This document shows, in pieces, positions 31,924 to 41,484 of a stretch of DNA of 64,000 nt. The stretch covers positions 256,001-320,000 of the forward strand of contig CAVPBK010000004.1 in the NCBI GenBank assembly GCA_963701855.1, given 5' to 3'. Within the stretch, counting starts at the first letter, position 1, and each line of letters opens with the position of its first letter. The DNA comes from Nitrospirota bacterium (GTDB lineage Bacteria > Nitrospirota > Nitrospiria > Nitrospirales > Nitrospiraceae). The translations under genes and the position numbers were made by a program. The notes below the pieces were generated by a model. It was not told where the DNA came from. It did not search any database and saw only the letters and a program-made list of their open reading frames with translations.

Positions 31924-32136
31924 ATGAATCATCGATGGAAATTTATGCAACATAGTGGGGTCGCTATGGTCGTGGGTCTGTTTGCCCTCTCGCTAATCAC
32001 GGCTTGCGCCAGCAACGAACCTAAACCTCTTCCGCAGCCGACTCCGGACCAAGTCCGGGGCCATGCGGATCGGGCGTTTGAAAAACTCAAGCAAGAAGAA
32101 CAGGAACGAGCCGCCCAACCATCAGTACCACGTTAG
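31924..32136 (+). CDS. small lipoprotein
   Basis: LITAC lipobox. Confidence 0.65.
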   Translation: MNHRWKFMQHSGVAMVVGLFALSLITACASNEPKPLPQPTPDQVRGHADRAFEKLKQEEQERAAQPSVPR

Positions 32137-32147
32137 TCGCCGGAACC

Positions 32148-33551
32148 CTACCGAGTCGATTTTGGCAGGGTCCAGACCACAAACCGAGCAACGGGCTTCA
32201 CCAGCGGCAATTCCCAAAGGAGCCGTTGTCGAGATGCTCGCTCCACTTGGCGCGCTTCATGGAAGGTGCCAAGAATGCTGGCTGAGACCAGCAGCCGCAA
32301 GACGCCTGAAAGGAAGAAAACATAAGGCAAATTGGATACAGACTCGAAAACGACCCCTCCCCACTCAATACGTGCAGGAAGACGCTCTACCAGCCAACTC
32401 CCCAGTAAGGCTCCCACCGACCATCCCACTGCATTGACCGTACTATATAGCGCAGTGGCTTTTGCGCGGTCCTCAGGCCTAACCGAATCGAACACATAGT
32501 TCTGCAGTCCCAATGCCAAGCCGGCCCAAATGACGCCGCCTAAAAAATTGACTGCCAAAAGAAAGCCTAGATTCGTGCTCACAAGGTAGAGCATCGGCAA
32601 GAATGGTACCGTAAAACCGGTGATGGACAACAAGGCTTTGTTTCCGAAGCGGTCCCCAAATTGGCCCCAGGCCTGCAAGGTGAGGAGTTGACCGAGGAGG
32701 CCGGCAGCCAGCCATCCCCCGTAGCCGATATAAGACAGATGGAGATCCTGTAACATATAAAGGACGAAAAACGGGCCGGCAATTAACACAGCCGCGTGCA
32801 TCAAGCCTGAGAAAAGCAGGAAACGACGGAAGTCCTTCGTCGCGCTCAGACGGAAGAAGCCGCGAAATCCTTGCTGAGCCTCCTGGTGTGCAGTCTGATG
32901 CACATCTTGAACAGGGGACAAAGTCATGGCCGAGAGGATCCGAGCGCTTCCAGCCAAGGTGAAGATCAGCACGAATCCCCACCAGGCAGCGGTAGAATGT
33001 TGCCAAAGGCTCAGTACCCCTCCGGCTCCACAGAGCGCAAAGAAGCTGAGACCGGCAATGATTTTGGCTCGGCGCGCGAAATAGGCGCCCCGTTCATGCT
33101 GGTCGAGCCAATCCGCGATCAAGCTATTCCAAGCAGGCGTGGTGAAGTGAGTGCAAGCAAAATACGCGACAGCTCCACCGACGACGAGCCATGGACCCCA
33201 CTGCGGAAACAGGAGCGGCAGAAGCACAATGGGAATCCAGACGAATGCTTGCCCAACGGTGCCGGCAAAAATGAGCGCTTTGCGATCGGGGAACCATTGC
33301 AACAACTTCACGGAGGCAAGTTGGGCTCCTGTACCGATAAGCTGGGGCAATGCCGACAGCACACTTAACTGGAATGGACTTGCCTGCAGGAGCAGCGCAA
33401 ACGCTGAGAGATATTGTTCTCCGCTTCCTTGCGTGATGGCCTGGCAGGCACCATCTCGGAGGCCGTAGCGACGTCCTTGCTCGCCGGCACTCTGGGCCTG
33501 GGAATTACTTGGCACACACTCTTGCGGACGTTCAGGCCATGTCGGACGCAC
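32148..33551 (-). CDS. MFS transporter
   Basis: About 12 TM segments and WGQFGDRFGNK motif A. Confidence 0.9.
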   Translation of the reverse strand: MRPTWPERPQECVPSNSQAQSAGEQGRRYGLRDGACQAITQGSGEQYLSAFALLLQASPFQLSVLSALPQLIGTGAQLASVKLLQWFPDRKALIFAGTVGQAFVWIPIVLLPLLFPQWGPWLVVGGAVAYFACTHFTTPAWNSLIADWLDQHERGAYFARRAKIIAGLSFFALCGAGGVLSLWQHSTAAWWGFVLIFTLAGSARILSAMTLSPVQDVHQTAHQEAQQGFRGFFRLSATKDFRRFLLFSGLMHAAVLIAGPFFVLYMLQDLHLSYIGYGGWLAAGLLGQLLTLQAWGQFGDRFGNKALLSITGFTVPFLPMLYLVSTNLGFLLAVNFLGGVIWAGLALGLQNYVFDSVRPEDRAKATALYSTVNAVGWSVGALLGSWLVERLPARIEWGGVVFESVSNLPYVFFLSGVLRLLVSASILGTFHEARQVERASRQRLLWELPLVKPVARFVVWTLPKSTR

Positions 33552-33694
33552 AGGATCCTTTCCTGAGAGAGAGCTCTGATCGAGCGTAGCATAGACAGGG
33601 GCGTAGAGCGTACATAGATGAGCGGCTTGGTCAGTTGGTGATTGACCCCTTACTGATCTCTCGATACCATAACGAAACGAATGAACAACGGTTC

Positions 33695-34342
33695 ATGGTA
33701 GCTATCATGACAAAGGTCAGAAGGAAAGAGACGAAAACTCTATTGACAGTACTTGCCGGCCTGAGCGTTGTCATGTGTGGCTGGCAGGAAGTCGACGCGC
33801 GAGATCTGTTCTCGCCGAAGGAGCAAGCGACAACCGAAATCGATCCCACGCAAAGCCCGTCGTTCGACGAACAAAAGCAGGGTATCCCGCAATCCCTGTT
33901 TACCTGGATCAAGATGGCCAAAGGATATGATATCGAGTGGGATACGTTCGGACGGAAAGGCTGGTATACGCAAGATCCCCGGCTGAAGCCCATCGAACCA
34001 GGATCGGTATTTTCTCGGGATATTCCCGCGATCTATATTGTGTTCGAGTCAGCCCCGCTGGAAGATCCTGCCCAGTTCAGCGCACAATGGTTTCTGGAGG
34101 GGGAAAAGGGTGTCCTCTCATCCGTACCGCTCGGCAAAGATACCTTGGAAGTGCCGGGGCATGAACGCTATGGATTCCTGGAACTCAAGAAATCTGGAAA
34201 CGCCTGGGCCGTGGGGACGTATCTGGTGAAACTGTTCATCACGCCGCTTGGACAACAGTCTTTTCATGCGAGCAATCAAGTGGGTACCATGCGGTTTACT
34301 ATTGTCGAGGGTTCTGCTCCTGCAGGCATGAATCCGCGCTAG
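33695..34342 (+). CDS. hypothetical exported protein
   Basis: Signal-like N-terminus and an Ig-like beta-rich body. Start uncertain. Confidence 0.65.
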   Translation: MVAIMTKVRRKETKTLLTVLAGLSVVMCGWQEVDARDLFSPKEQATTEIDPTQSPSFDEQKQGIPQSLFTWIKMAKGYDIEWDTFGRKGWYTQDPRLKPIEPGSVFSRDIPAIYIVFESAPLEDPAQFSAQWFLEGEKGVLSSVPLGKDTLEVPGHERYGFLELKKSGNAWAVGTYLVKLFITPLGQQSFHASNQVGTMRFTIVEGSAPAGMNPR

Positions 34343-34433
34343 CCCCACGCCTTTCGTTCACATATTGGTGAGTGCGGCAGAAGCGCTCATGAATAATGCG
34401 GATGAAGCAGGGAAAAGGAGCAGAAGGAGCGGA

Positions 34434-34718
34434 ATGGGAGATCGGATCAAAGTCACGGATCAAGAGAAGCTGACATTGCTCTATGAGCGATTCAGAGACG
34501 TGTGTCTGGTCGAGAAAGAAGTCTGGAAAGAGATTTTCATGCCGCGGGAGATCACCCATGGGCCTGTCAGAACGAACATGCAAGATCGCTATGACGTGGA
34601 AATCGACGATCAAGCGATTGAAGACACACTCGATGCGAACATTCCTCGAGGCAGTCAAGCCCTGGCTGCCGCGATTCAGGAATACCGAACGCACATTTCA
34701 TTTTATCGAAAAGCCTAA
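34434..34718 (+). CDS. hypothetical protein
   Basis: AAGGAG RBS before MGDRIKVTDQEKLTLLYERFRDVCLVEKEVW... Confidence 0.7.
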   Translation: MGDRIKVTDQEKLTLLYERFRDVCLVEKEVWKEIFMPREITHGPVRTNMQDRYDVEIDDQAIEDTLDANIPRGSQALAAAIQEYRTHISFYRKA

Positions 34719-34720
34719 CC

Positions 34721-34924
34721 CGTATTATTCATGAAAATTCTTTGCGAAAGCGTGCAGAGCGAGGCGAGACGGGCACTCGGAGACCGGGGACTGGCTCCTC
34801 AGACGGGGACAGGCACCAAGAAGAAGGGTGCCTGTCCCCAACAGTATATCGAAGGGCTGAACGGCGAGACAGCCCGTTGCAACCATGTATCCGCGCTTAC
34901 AGCAGAAGCTTCATGAATAATGCG
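34721..34924. repeat. MITE/REP-like element
   Basis: TIRs CGTATTATTCATGA / TCATGAATAATGCG, with internal hairpin GGGGACAGGCACC...GGTGCCTGTCCCC. A partial right end recurs at about 34377-34400. Confidence 0.6.
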
Positions 34925-34934
34925 TGTAAGGGAT

Positions 34935-35552
34935 TTAGCGGGACGCAAGCACTCGCTCGACATCTTGCGCGATCTCAGGCGCAAACGGCTTCGTGCGGTG
35001 ATGGTATCGGGCGACGACCATTCCTGAACGATCGACTAAATACTTCTGGAAATTCCATTCCACCTCTCCGGGGAATTGGCTCTGTTCAGTCAGATATCGG
35101 TAGAGCGGATGTTTATCGTTCCCCTTGACGCTGATCTTGCTGAAAAGTGGAAACGATAGGCTGTACTTGGTGTAACAGAAAGTTTTAATCTCTGCGTTCG
35201 TCCCCGGCTCCTGCTGTCCGAAGTTGTTCGCGGGGAATGCCAAGATCTCAAAGCCCTTCTCCCGATACTGTTCATACATCTTTTCGAGGTCGGCATATTG
35301 CGGCGTATTGCCGCAGAAGCTGGCTGTGTTGACCAGCAACAGCACCTTGCCGCGGAACTGGCTCAGGGAAACCGGCTTCCCATCGATATCGTTCAGCGTA
35401 AAGTCATAGACCATGGGCGTCTGTGCTGCCATATGTATGGTCCCTTCTTGCTTTGCCTGTGCGAGGCTCGGCTCAAGCAGATCGCTCGATCCACCACCGG
35501 CAACCAATCCAATTGCAGTGAGTAAGCCTCCCACTATATGACGAATCCCCAT
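34935..35552 (-). CDS. glutathione peroxidase family protein (Cys type, signal peptide)
   Basis: GKVLLLVNTASFCGNTPQY, LAFPANNFGQQEP, VEWNFQKYLVD. Confidence 0.93.
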   Translation of the reverse strand: MGIRHIVGGLLTAIGLVAGGGSSDLLEPSLAQAKQEGTIHMAAQTPMVYDFTLNDIDGKPVSLSQFRGKVLLLVNTASFCGNTPQYADLEKMYEQYREKGFEILAFPANNFGQQEPGTNAEIKTFCYTKYSLSFPLFSKISVKGNDKHPLYRYLTEQSQFPGEVEWNFQKYLVDRSGMVVARYHHRTKPFAPEIAQDVERVLASR

Positions 35553-35566
35553 CAGGCACCTCGCGG

Positions 35567-36454
35567 TTAGAGCCTCTCCAAGGCATTAATGCGCGCTTCA
35601 ACCGGCGGATGCGTCGCAAAGAGGCGCATGAATCCCGATGAATTACCGGAGATCTTCATCGTCGCGAGCGCATCCTGTCCTGCGTACTCGACCTGTGACC
35701 GGGTCACCCATCGATCGATCGCACGAAGGGCCGAGATCATCGAGTCCTTGCCGTACACCTTGGCGGAAAAGGCATCTGCGCCATATTCACGCTGCCGCGA
35801 AAACCAGCAGATCAGGACCGAGGCCATGATACTAACGACGATCTGGATCACGATCGATATTCCAAAACCGAGCATCGCTTGATCGCGTTCTGCAAAGAAC
35901 CGGCGCACCCACATCGCGATGTAGTACACGAAGGTATTCATCAGCCCCGCCAACACGGTCGTCGCAAACATGTCTCCATTGTAGACGTGTCCCATTTCGT
36001 GGGCGAGGACGGCTCGCACTTCCTGCTCTTGTAGATTGCTCAACAATCCAGTCGAGACGGCCACCATCGAGTTGTTCTTGCTGGGGCCGGTCGCAAAAGC
36101 GTTGGGATCGGGAGACTCGTAGACCCACACCTCAGGCATCGTAATGTGAAGCCGTTGCGCAATCTCCTGGACGGTACCGTAAATGACTTGTTCGGCTTGC
36201 GACCGAGGTTGCGTGATCTGGCGGCAATCCAACATAGCCCGCGCCATCTGTTTGGAGAAGGCCAAACTGATAAAGGCGCCACCAAAGCCGAAGGCAAGAG
36301 CCCAGACTAACGAGCTGAGATCGACCAATCCTCGCAGATCGACTCCGAACATGGGAAGAACGACATTGATCAGCACCGGTACGGTGAGCGAAAGCGTCAC
36401 CATGATTAGGATATTGGCCGCCAGCAGTAGGAATATGCCTTTCATCCACTTCAT
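35567..36454 (-). CDS. htpX: membrane zinc protease HtpX
   Basis: PNAFATG, AVLAHEMGH, SRQREYGAD, FATHPP. Confidence 0.93.
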   Translation of the reverse strand: MKWMKGIFLLLAANILIMVTLSLTVPVLINVVLPMFGVDLRGLVDLSSLVWALAFGFGGAFISLAFSKQMARAMLDCRQITQPRSQAEQVIYGTVQEIAQRLHITMPEVWVYESPDPNAFATGPSKNNSMVAVSTGLLSNLQEQEVRAVLAHEMGHVYNGDMFATTVLAGLMNTFVYYIAMWVRRFFAERDQAMLGFGISIVIQIVVSIMASVLICWFSRQREYGADAFSAKVYGKDSMISALRAIDRWVTRSQVEYAGQDALATMKISGNSSGFMRLFATHPPVEARINALERL

Positions 36455-36675
36455 CGAGATCCTCCTTCACGACTATGTACTCGCCTCGTCATTCGGGCGA
36501 GTCACCAATGAGAGTCATTATACTAACCGATTTCCTGAAATACATCTCAATCGAGATTGCGATGACGATGTAGGAGAGGAAATAACCCCTTTAATGCCAA
36601 GGTCAAGACGCTGGAAGTGCCTGAAACTCCTGGGCAAAGTTGACCCATTCCCGTCCTTCCTGTTAGAACTGGCTC

Positions 36676-37116
36676 ATGCAGAAGGCGTCTAGGCGATGGC
36701 TCTATATCTCGGCGATTGTCTGGTTGCTCACATCGATTGACATGACATTCGTTCATGCGGTGGAACTCTCTCCGTCCAGCCCTCCTGTGATGATCCCGAT
36801 GGCGGCAGACGGAATGCAGCGAGCTACGGTCATACTTGATAGCTACTCGTATACCCCAAACCATTTGATTGTTGAAGCTGGGAAGCCGGTTGAACTGACG
36901 TTGACCAGCGTGACGACGATTATCCCGCACAATTTCATCATCAAGGACCAATCGGGAAGCCTATCCGTCGAACAGGATGTCAGTGCCGGCAAAACGGTCA
37001 TCATTACATTTACACCGACGCAGCCTGGCATATTTCCCATCTACTGCGACAAACGGCTCTGGCCGTTGCCCAGCCATCGCGACAAAGGGATGGAAGGGAA
37101 GCTGGAAGTGCGATAG
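36676..37116 (+). CDS. cupredoxin-domain protein
   Basis: Signal peptide, PHNF, and YCDK.....SHRDKGM copper-site ligands. Confidence 0.85.
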   Translation: MQKASRRWLYISAIVWLLTSIDMTFVHAVELSPSSPPVMIPMAADGMQRATVILDSYSYTPNHLIVEAGKPVELTLTSVTTIIPHNFIIKDQSGSLSVEQDVSAGKTVIITFTPTQPGIFPIYCDKRLWPLPSHRDKGMEGKLEVR

Positions 37117-37118
37117 AT

Positions 37119-38165
37119 GTGGCTACGAGCATAGAGACCTCCAAGCAGGACCTGCTCCGCGATCTCCTCAAGCAAGTATCTCGTCTCTTCTACACGACGC
37201 TGGTCGTAGTTCCAGCAGATGTGCGCGATCAAGTCAGCCTCGCCTACCTCTTTGCCCGTGCAGCAGACACAATTGCAGACACGGAGTTGATCGATCGTCC
37301 ACGCCGGCTGGACTTACTCGGTCAACTTAAAGCTCAGTTCGTAAGTGATCAGATCGCCTGGACTCAGGTCCGAGACATCCAGCAAGCAGTGGCACCCATC
37401 CAACAGAACTCTGCCGAGCGTATCCTGCTCGAACAGCTGGAAGATTGCTTCAAGCTCTTCCAGACCTTTTCGCCGGACGATCGCCGCCGCATACAACGGC
37501 TCATGTCCACACTGACGCAAGGCATGGAGATGGACCTCGTCGTCTTTCCCGGCACATCAGCCGTAGATCTCACGGTCCTCAAGACGCTCGACGATCTGGA
37601 CCGCTATACCTATTACGTGGCCGGCTGTGTGGGCGAGTTCTGGACAGACTTGATGTGCGCGCACCGGAAGGCGTTGGCCTCATGGAAGGTGCGGGAGATG
37701 TCGGAGGTCGGCGTGAGATTTGGAAAGGGCCTCCAGCTCACGAACATTGTAAAAGATATCGCGCACGATCTTCAGAAAGGCCGCTGCTATGTGCCGGCGC
37801 CCATGCTGGCCGAAGCCGGACTCACCGCACGGGACTTACTGGACCAGCGGAACCGTGCACGTTTTCAGCCGGTCCTGAGTAAGCTTGTCCGTATGGCGGT
37901 GGAGCATCTTGACCAAGGCTGGCTCTACGCCATGTCGATTCCACGGCATGAAACTCGTCTGCGCTTGTCCTGCATGTGGCCGATTCTTTCTGCCGGCGAA
38001 TCGCTGAAGCTCGTCATGAATTCGCCTGATCTCTTGAACCCCGCAATCAAAGTCAAAATCCCACGGAGCCAGGTCTATCAAATTATGGCCCTCACGACAG
38101 GCACCTTCGCCTGCGGATACGTGGGAACGGCCTGCTGGGGACGGTTGCGGAAGCAGATCATGTAA
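37119..38165 (+). CDS. squalene/phytoene synthase family (farnesyl-diphosphate farnesyltransferase-like)
   Basis: QVSRLF, AYLFARAADTIAD, YTYYVAGCVGEF, GLQLTNIVKD..D...GRCYVP. Confidence 0.9.
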   Translation: MATSIETSKQDLLRDLLKQVSRLFYTTLVVVPADVRDQVSLAYLFARAADTIADTELIDRPRRLDLLGQLKAQFVSDQIAWTQVRDIQQAVAPIQQNSAERILLEQLEDCFKLFQTFSPDDRRRIQRLMSTLTQGMEMDLVVFPGTSAVDLTVLKTLDDLDRYTYYVAGCVGEFWTDLMCAHRKALASWKVREMSEVGVRFGKGLQLTNIVKDIAHDLQKGRCYVPAPMLAEAGLTARDLLDQRNRARFQPVLSKLVRMAVEHLDQGWLYAMSIPRHETRLRLSCMWPILSAGESLKLVMNSPDLLNPAIKVKIPRSQVYQIMALTTGTFACGYVGTACWGRLRKQIM

Positions 38166-38254
38166 GCCGGCGGCGGAAGTAACGCCCCCACCCTTCCTGG
38201 CAGAGCATTCAAGCACGGCTTTTCGCAAACAACGGCTTTCCGCTTTGGGCCAGT

Positions 38255-38548
38255 ATGACTACGCGCCTATCCACCGGGCTGCACGTCGAAGACATCAAAA
38301 AACTCCTGGCGATACTGCAGAAGCTGGTGAATAGCGGCAATACGGTGAATACGGTGGTGGTGGAATACAACCTCGACGTCATCAAGTCAGCTAATTGGAT
38401 TGTCGACCTAGGACCTGAAGGCGAATCGACGGGCGGACACATCGTGGCAGAAGGACGACCGGAACAGGTGGCGAAGGTGGCACCCTCTTACACGGGACAA
38501 TTCCTAGCAGGCAGGCTCATACCAGCTGCTTACAACAATGATTGCTGA
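38255..38548 (+). pseudogene. uvrA: UvrA C-terminal remnant
   Basis: [24 protein letters not shown](NTV)[22 protein letters not shown]...GG..VAEG.PE.VA...SYTGQFL. Only the last about 95 aa are present. Confidence 0.85.
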
Positions 38549-38575
38549 CACCTTTGCTCTCACCGGTGGTCGAGA

Positions 38576-38601
38576 GTGCAGGGGTCTCACGCCCCCTGCA
38601 C
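38576..38601. terminator. GC-rich hairpin between convergent genes
   Basis: GTGCAGGGG-tctcacgc-CCCCTGCAC. Confidence 0.55.
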
Positions 38602-38634
38602 CCCAATGAGCAAATCCTTCCAATCACCGAAACC

Positions 38635-39210
38635 TCAATAAGTATCCGCATTCATCGGACCACGCACACACCAGGCGAGGTTCGTGCTGGTCACAGGTTC
38701 CTCGTCTACTAGGCCAGTATGGAAGTACACGTGCCACGCGAGAGTAGGATCCCATGCAACCGCCGTTGCCGACCAATAGGGGGCCCTCTGGACTCCGGGA
38801 AAGACGCTAAGTGGGACAAACGGCGCCAGCAACGACGGATCCTGCACGCTCTTTAACTCCACCACCGAAGGCAGCCGCCAGCCTGCTGTGCCCCCGACCA
38901 TCTTGTTTGCACAATATGAGCTTGCGGAGGTGGAGGATGCGCCGCTCCAGGGTCTGTTGTTGACATCAGGCGTCTGCTCCCACACCAGCCCCGTTTCGCG
39001 ATCCAAGACCGCTTCGTTGTTGAAATCTGCCAACACCACGAATCGTTTAGCGGATGGGATTTTGTTGCTCCACGATTTCAGGTGGGGCTGCGTCGATGGG
39101 TCAATCGTAGTCGAGTTCTCCGCACCTACTGGTGCGGTGAGAATCAGAGTGGCACCAATAACGAGAGTGCCGAGGACATAGGTGAGGTAGCTTCTTCTGC
39201 TGTGCATCAT
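38635..39210 (-). CDS. DUF1566 (Lcl C-terminal) domain secreted protein
   Basis: VLDRETGLVWEQ, YCAN..GG..GWRLPSVVELKS, YWSAT, AWHVYF..G, WCVRG. Signal peptide and CAGGAG RBS present. Confidence 0.85.
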   Translation of the reverse strand: MMHSRRSYLTYVLGTLVIGATLILTAPVGAENSTTIDPSTQPHLKSWSNKIPSAKRFVVLADFNNEAVLDRETGLVWEQTPDVNNRPWSGASSTSASSYCANKMVGGTAGWRLPSVVELKSVQDPSLLAPFVPLSVFPGVQRAPYWSATAVAWDPTLAWHVYFHTGLVDEEPVTSTNLAWCVRGPMNADTY

Positions 39211-39304
39211 GATGGTTCTCCTGTGTGGTGGGGTGATGTAACGAGCGGTCACAGCGATGAGAGGAACGACGCTATGCTTTAACACCCAATAAAGCAATGC
39301 CGCA

Positions 39305-39522
39305 TTAGTGGTACATGACAGAACAGCTGCATACACTCTCAAATCTCCATCGCCGCAGTGGTGCACTCGACGCGATGTCAGCCGCCATGCTCGTCACGAT
39401 GACATTTTCGCAGTCGAAGTCAGCGCGCTGCGAGTCGAGATTGCTTTTACCTTCTTGGATCCAACGCCCCTTGTGCAGTCAGCGAGTGAGATTACCGCTG
39501 GCCCAAGCCATAGCATCTTCAT
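39305..39522 (-). pseudogene. small lipoprotein remnant downstream of the WYL-type promoter
   Basis: AAGGAGG RBS and MKMLWLGPAVISLADC (degenerate lipobox). A second frame reads WIQEGKSNLDSQRADFDCE. Confidence 0.4.
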
Positions 39523-39542
39523 GCCACCTCCTTGTGGAAGCC

Positions 39543-39578
39543 AAGCTATCACTTAGATGTGACAGAATATGTCACATC
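39543..39578 (-). promoter_or_regulatory. palindromic operator plus -10 element (putative WYL-regulated promoter)
   Basis: GATGTGACA-gaata-TGTCACATC is a perfect 9-5-9 palindrome (39556-39578). The minus strand reads TGTCAC-N10-TAGCTT. Confidence 0.7.
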
Positions 39579-39687
39579 CCTTTGAGACAATGATTGGAGC
39601 AGGATTATCGAGGAGCGACAGAGGCAGGTGAGAGCTGATAAAGACCTGATGCGTTTTGCTCTTTCATCCTGGAAGTGATTCGATTTT

Positions 39688-40545
39688 TTAGATTGTCACA
39701 CGATAACGAGCTGCGAGTCTTTCGACATGAGCCTTCAGCCATGGTGGCTCAGTCTGATTGCGCCATGATTCCCAGAGTTCAGCGTATGTAAGCATCTCGA
39801 ATGAAGGCGCTATGGGCCTAATCCAGTTCCTGAAATCATCGACTTCCATGCGATGTTTTCTGAATTCTTGGATGTCAGACCAATTCATTGGTTCCCAGAA
39901 AAGGTAAAGAAGAGAGCGCTTGCTCTCCTGGAAAGTATGAAACAAACCCAACCAGTGTTTAATCAGTTGCGCGGCATCCAGATAGTGATAGCGATCTGGG
40001 TGCCGGCGTAACTCCTCTATGTAAGGGAGCCAAGATGCCGTGCGCGAGTCGTCCTTGATGTTGTCATATGCGGCCACGAATTTTGCGATCTTTGGAGTCA
40101 GGTACTCCAGGCATTTAGATTCAATTCCAAGAACCACTTGCCCTGCCGTGAGCAGAGCGTCCAGATGAGGAGGGGTTCCTTGTAGGCCTGTCGGACATTT
40201 AGCTTCGAACTTCATTGCTGCAAATCTCTCGTGTCCTTTGATGCGCAAGCTTCCGGGATCAGCTCGCCATCGTGCGAACGTGTTCACCACTAATGCTGAG
40301 GATGAACGAATGGCCGCCATTTTTTCAGGAGCCCCTTTCTGTGGCTCCATTTCCTGCCCCCCGTTCTTATAGTCCTCCTTAAACAGTGAGCAAGTGATTC
40401 CCTCTACGAGATTGGCTTCAAAGTTCTCGGCATAGAACTCACGATCGTCACCTGTGCCCACCTCATGTAGAGCATGGTCGCCTTTCAGGCGAGCAAAGTT
40501 GTCTCGAAGCCCTCGTTTACACCTGTCAAGCACAGAATTATTCAT
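39688..40545 (-). CDS. PD-(D/E)XK restriction-endonuclease-like protein (PGN_0703-like)
   Basis: SSSALVVNTF, FEAKCP, PHLDALL...GIESK (D...ExK catalytic pattern), LDAAQLIKH, LLYLFWEP. Confidence 0.75.
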   Translation of the reverse strand: MNNSVLDRCKRGLRDNFARLKGDHALHEVGTGDDREFYAENFEANLVEGITCSLFKEDYKNGGQEMEPQKGAPEKMAAIRSSSALVVNTFARWRADPGSLRIKGHERFAAMKFEAKCPTGLQGTPPHLDALLTAGQVVLGIESKCLEYLTPKIAKFVAAYDNIKDDSRTASWLPYIEELRRHPDRYHYLDAAQLIKHWLGLFHTFQESKRSLLYLFWEPMNWSDIQEFRKHRMEVDDFRNWIRPIAPSFEMLTYAELWESWRNQTEPPWLKAHVERLAARYRVTI

Positions 40546-41380
40546 AGAGTGAACCTCGGTTTGAGTCCTTCACCGCAAGGGTGACCGAATTTGACCATAC
40601 TCCATTCTTGAATCCATTTAAACAGGCATTATTCAACTCGCAAGCCCAGCGCACTGAATCGGCCGAAGTGTTCAGAGGCCTAACCAGTGGAGGGACAACA
40701 TTCAGACAGAGAGGTGACACAACGATGTACCCACGTTCAAGTTCTGTCACATCGCATCCCTCTGTCTTCCTGCTCTCAGCCTTAAATGGACGGAACCGGG
40801 AGTGATAGGCGACGGAACATACTTTCCAGCCCTTCGGATTGCTCGCTGGAAAATTGACATTCCAACACAACCCTGTCGCTCTGGGCCCATTTCTTAGGAA
40901 CGTGCGGATAAATGCGATCTTGTCATCGAGTTGCAGGCGGTACCTTTTTGAATTCATCGCCTCCTGATGATCACACTGCTGCGAGAAGGCCACCGCCGCC
41001 GTTCCGAAAAATGTCGAGGCGAGCATGGCCATCCCTACTGTCCCCGAATGAAACACATCCATTCCAATATTCTCGCCATGATTGATTCCGGTTAACACCA
41101 GATCGAAACTCCCATTTTTCAGAAATCGTTCAGGCTCCCCTAAGGCAAGATAAATCAAGTCTGCGGGTCTCGCATCACAGACATAAAAGTGAGAAGCGAC
41201 TTCCTCAACGACAAAATCATCAAGTAGTTGTGGCGTAACGGAAAGGCCCTGGCCCCCCACAGATTTCCTGGGCACAAAGGTTACGATTGTTGCATCTGGA
41301 TAGGCCGCTTCCGTTGCGGTTTGGAGTGCTTTCAACCCCTCAGAACCAGGTCCGTCATCATTTGCGATTAGAATATTCAT
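40538..41380 (-). CDS. SurE-like 5'/3'-nucleotidase, divergent
   Basis: MNILIANDDG, RPAD, DLVLTGINHGENIG.DVFHSGTVG.A, NVNFP. It overlaps the nuclease start by 8 nt. Confidence 0.85.
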   Translation of the reverse strand: MNILIANDDGPGSEGLKALQTATEAAYPDATIVTFVPRKSVGGQGLSVTPQLLDDFVVEEVASHFYVCDARPADLIYLALGEPERFLKNGSFDLVLTGINHGENIGMDVFHSGTVGMAMLASTFFGTAAVAFSQQCDHQEAMNSKRYRLQLDDKIAFIRTFLRNGPRATGLCWNVNFPASNPKGWKVCSVAYHSRFRPFKAESRKTEGCDVTELERGYIVVSPLCLNVVPPLVRPLNTSADSVRWACELNNACLNGFKNGVWSNSVTLAVKDSNRGSLYE

Positions 41381-41420
41381 CTCGTCAGTCTCCGTGGGAT
41401 GTCTATTAGGAATGACCGGA

Positions 41421-41455
41421 AGTCTACTACCTGGGCATGACAGAATACGTCACGC
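41421..41455 (-). promoter_or_regulatory. palindromic operator plus -10 element upstream of the surE-like gene
   Basis: GCATGACAgaataCGTCACGC (41435-41455) has the same gaata spacer as the 39556 site. The minus strand reads TGTCAT-N10-TAGACT. Confidence 0.7.
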
Positions 41456-41484
41456 TGTCTGGAAAGCCGTTAGGAGGAACACCG

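Noticed and set aside
35300..35330. Selenocysteine in glutathione peroxidase
   Set aside because: The active-site codon is TGC (Cys) with no in-frame TGA.
39314..39330. Third WYL operator (CATGACAGAACAGCTG)
   Set aside because: Only one half-site matches and there is no TAnnnT at 10 nt.
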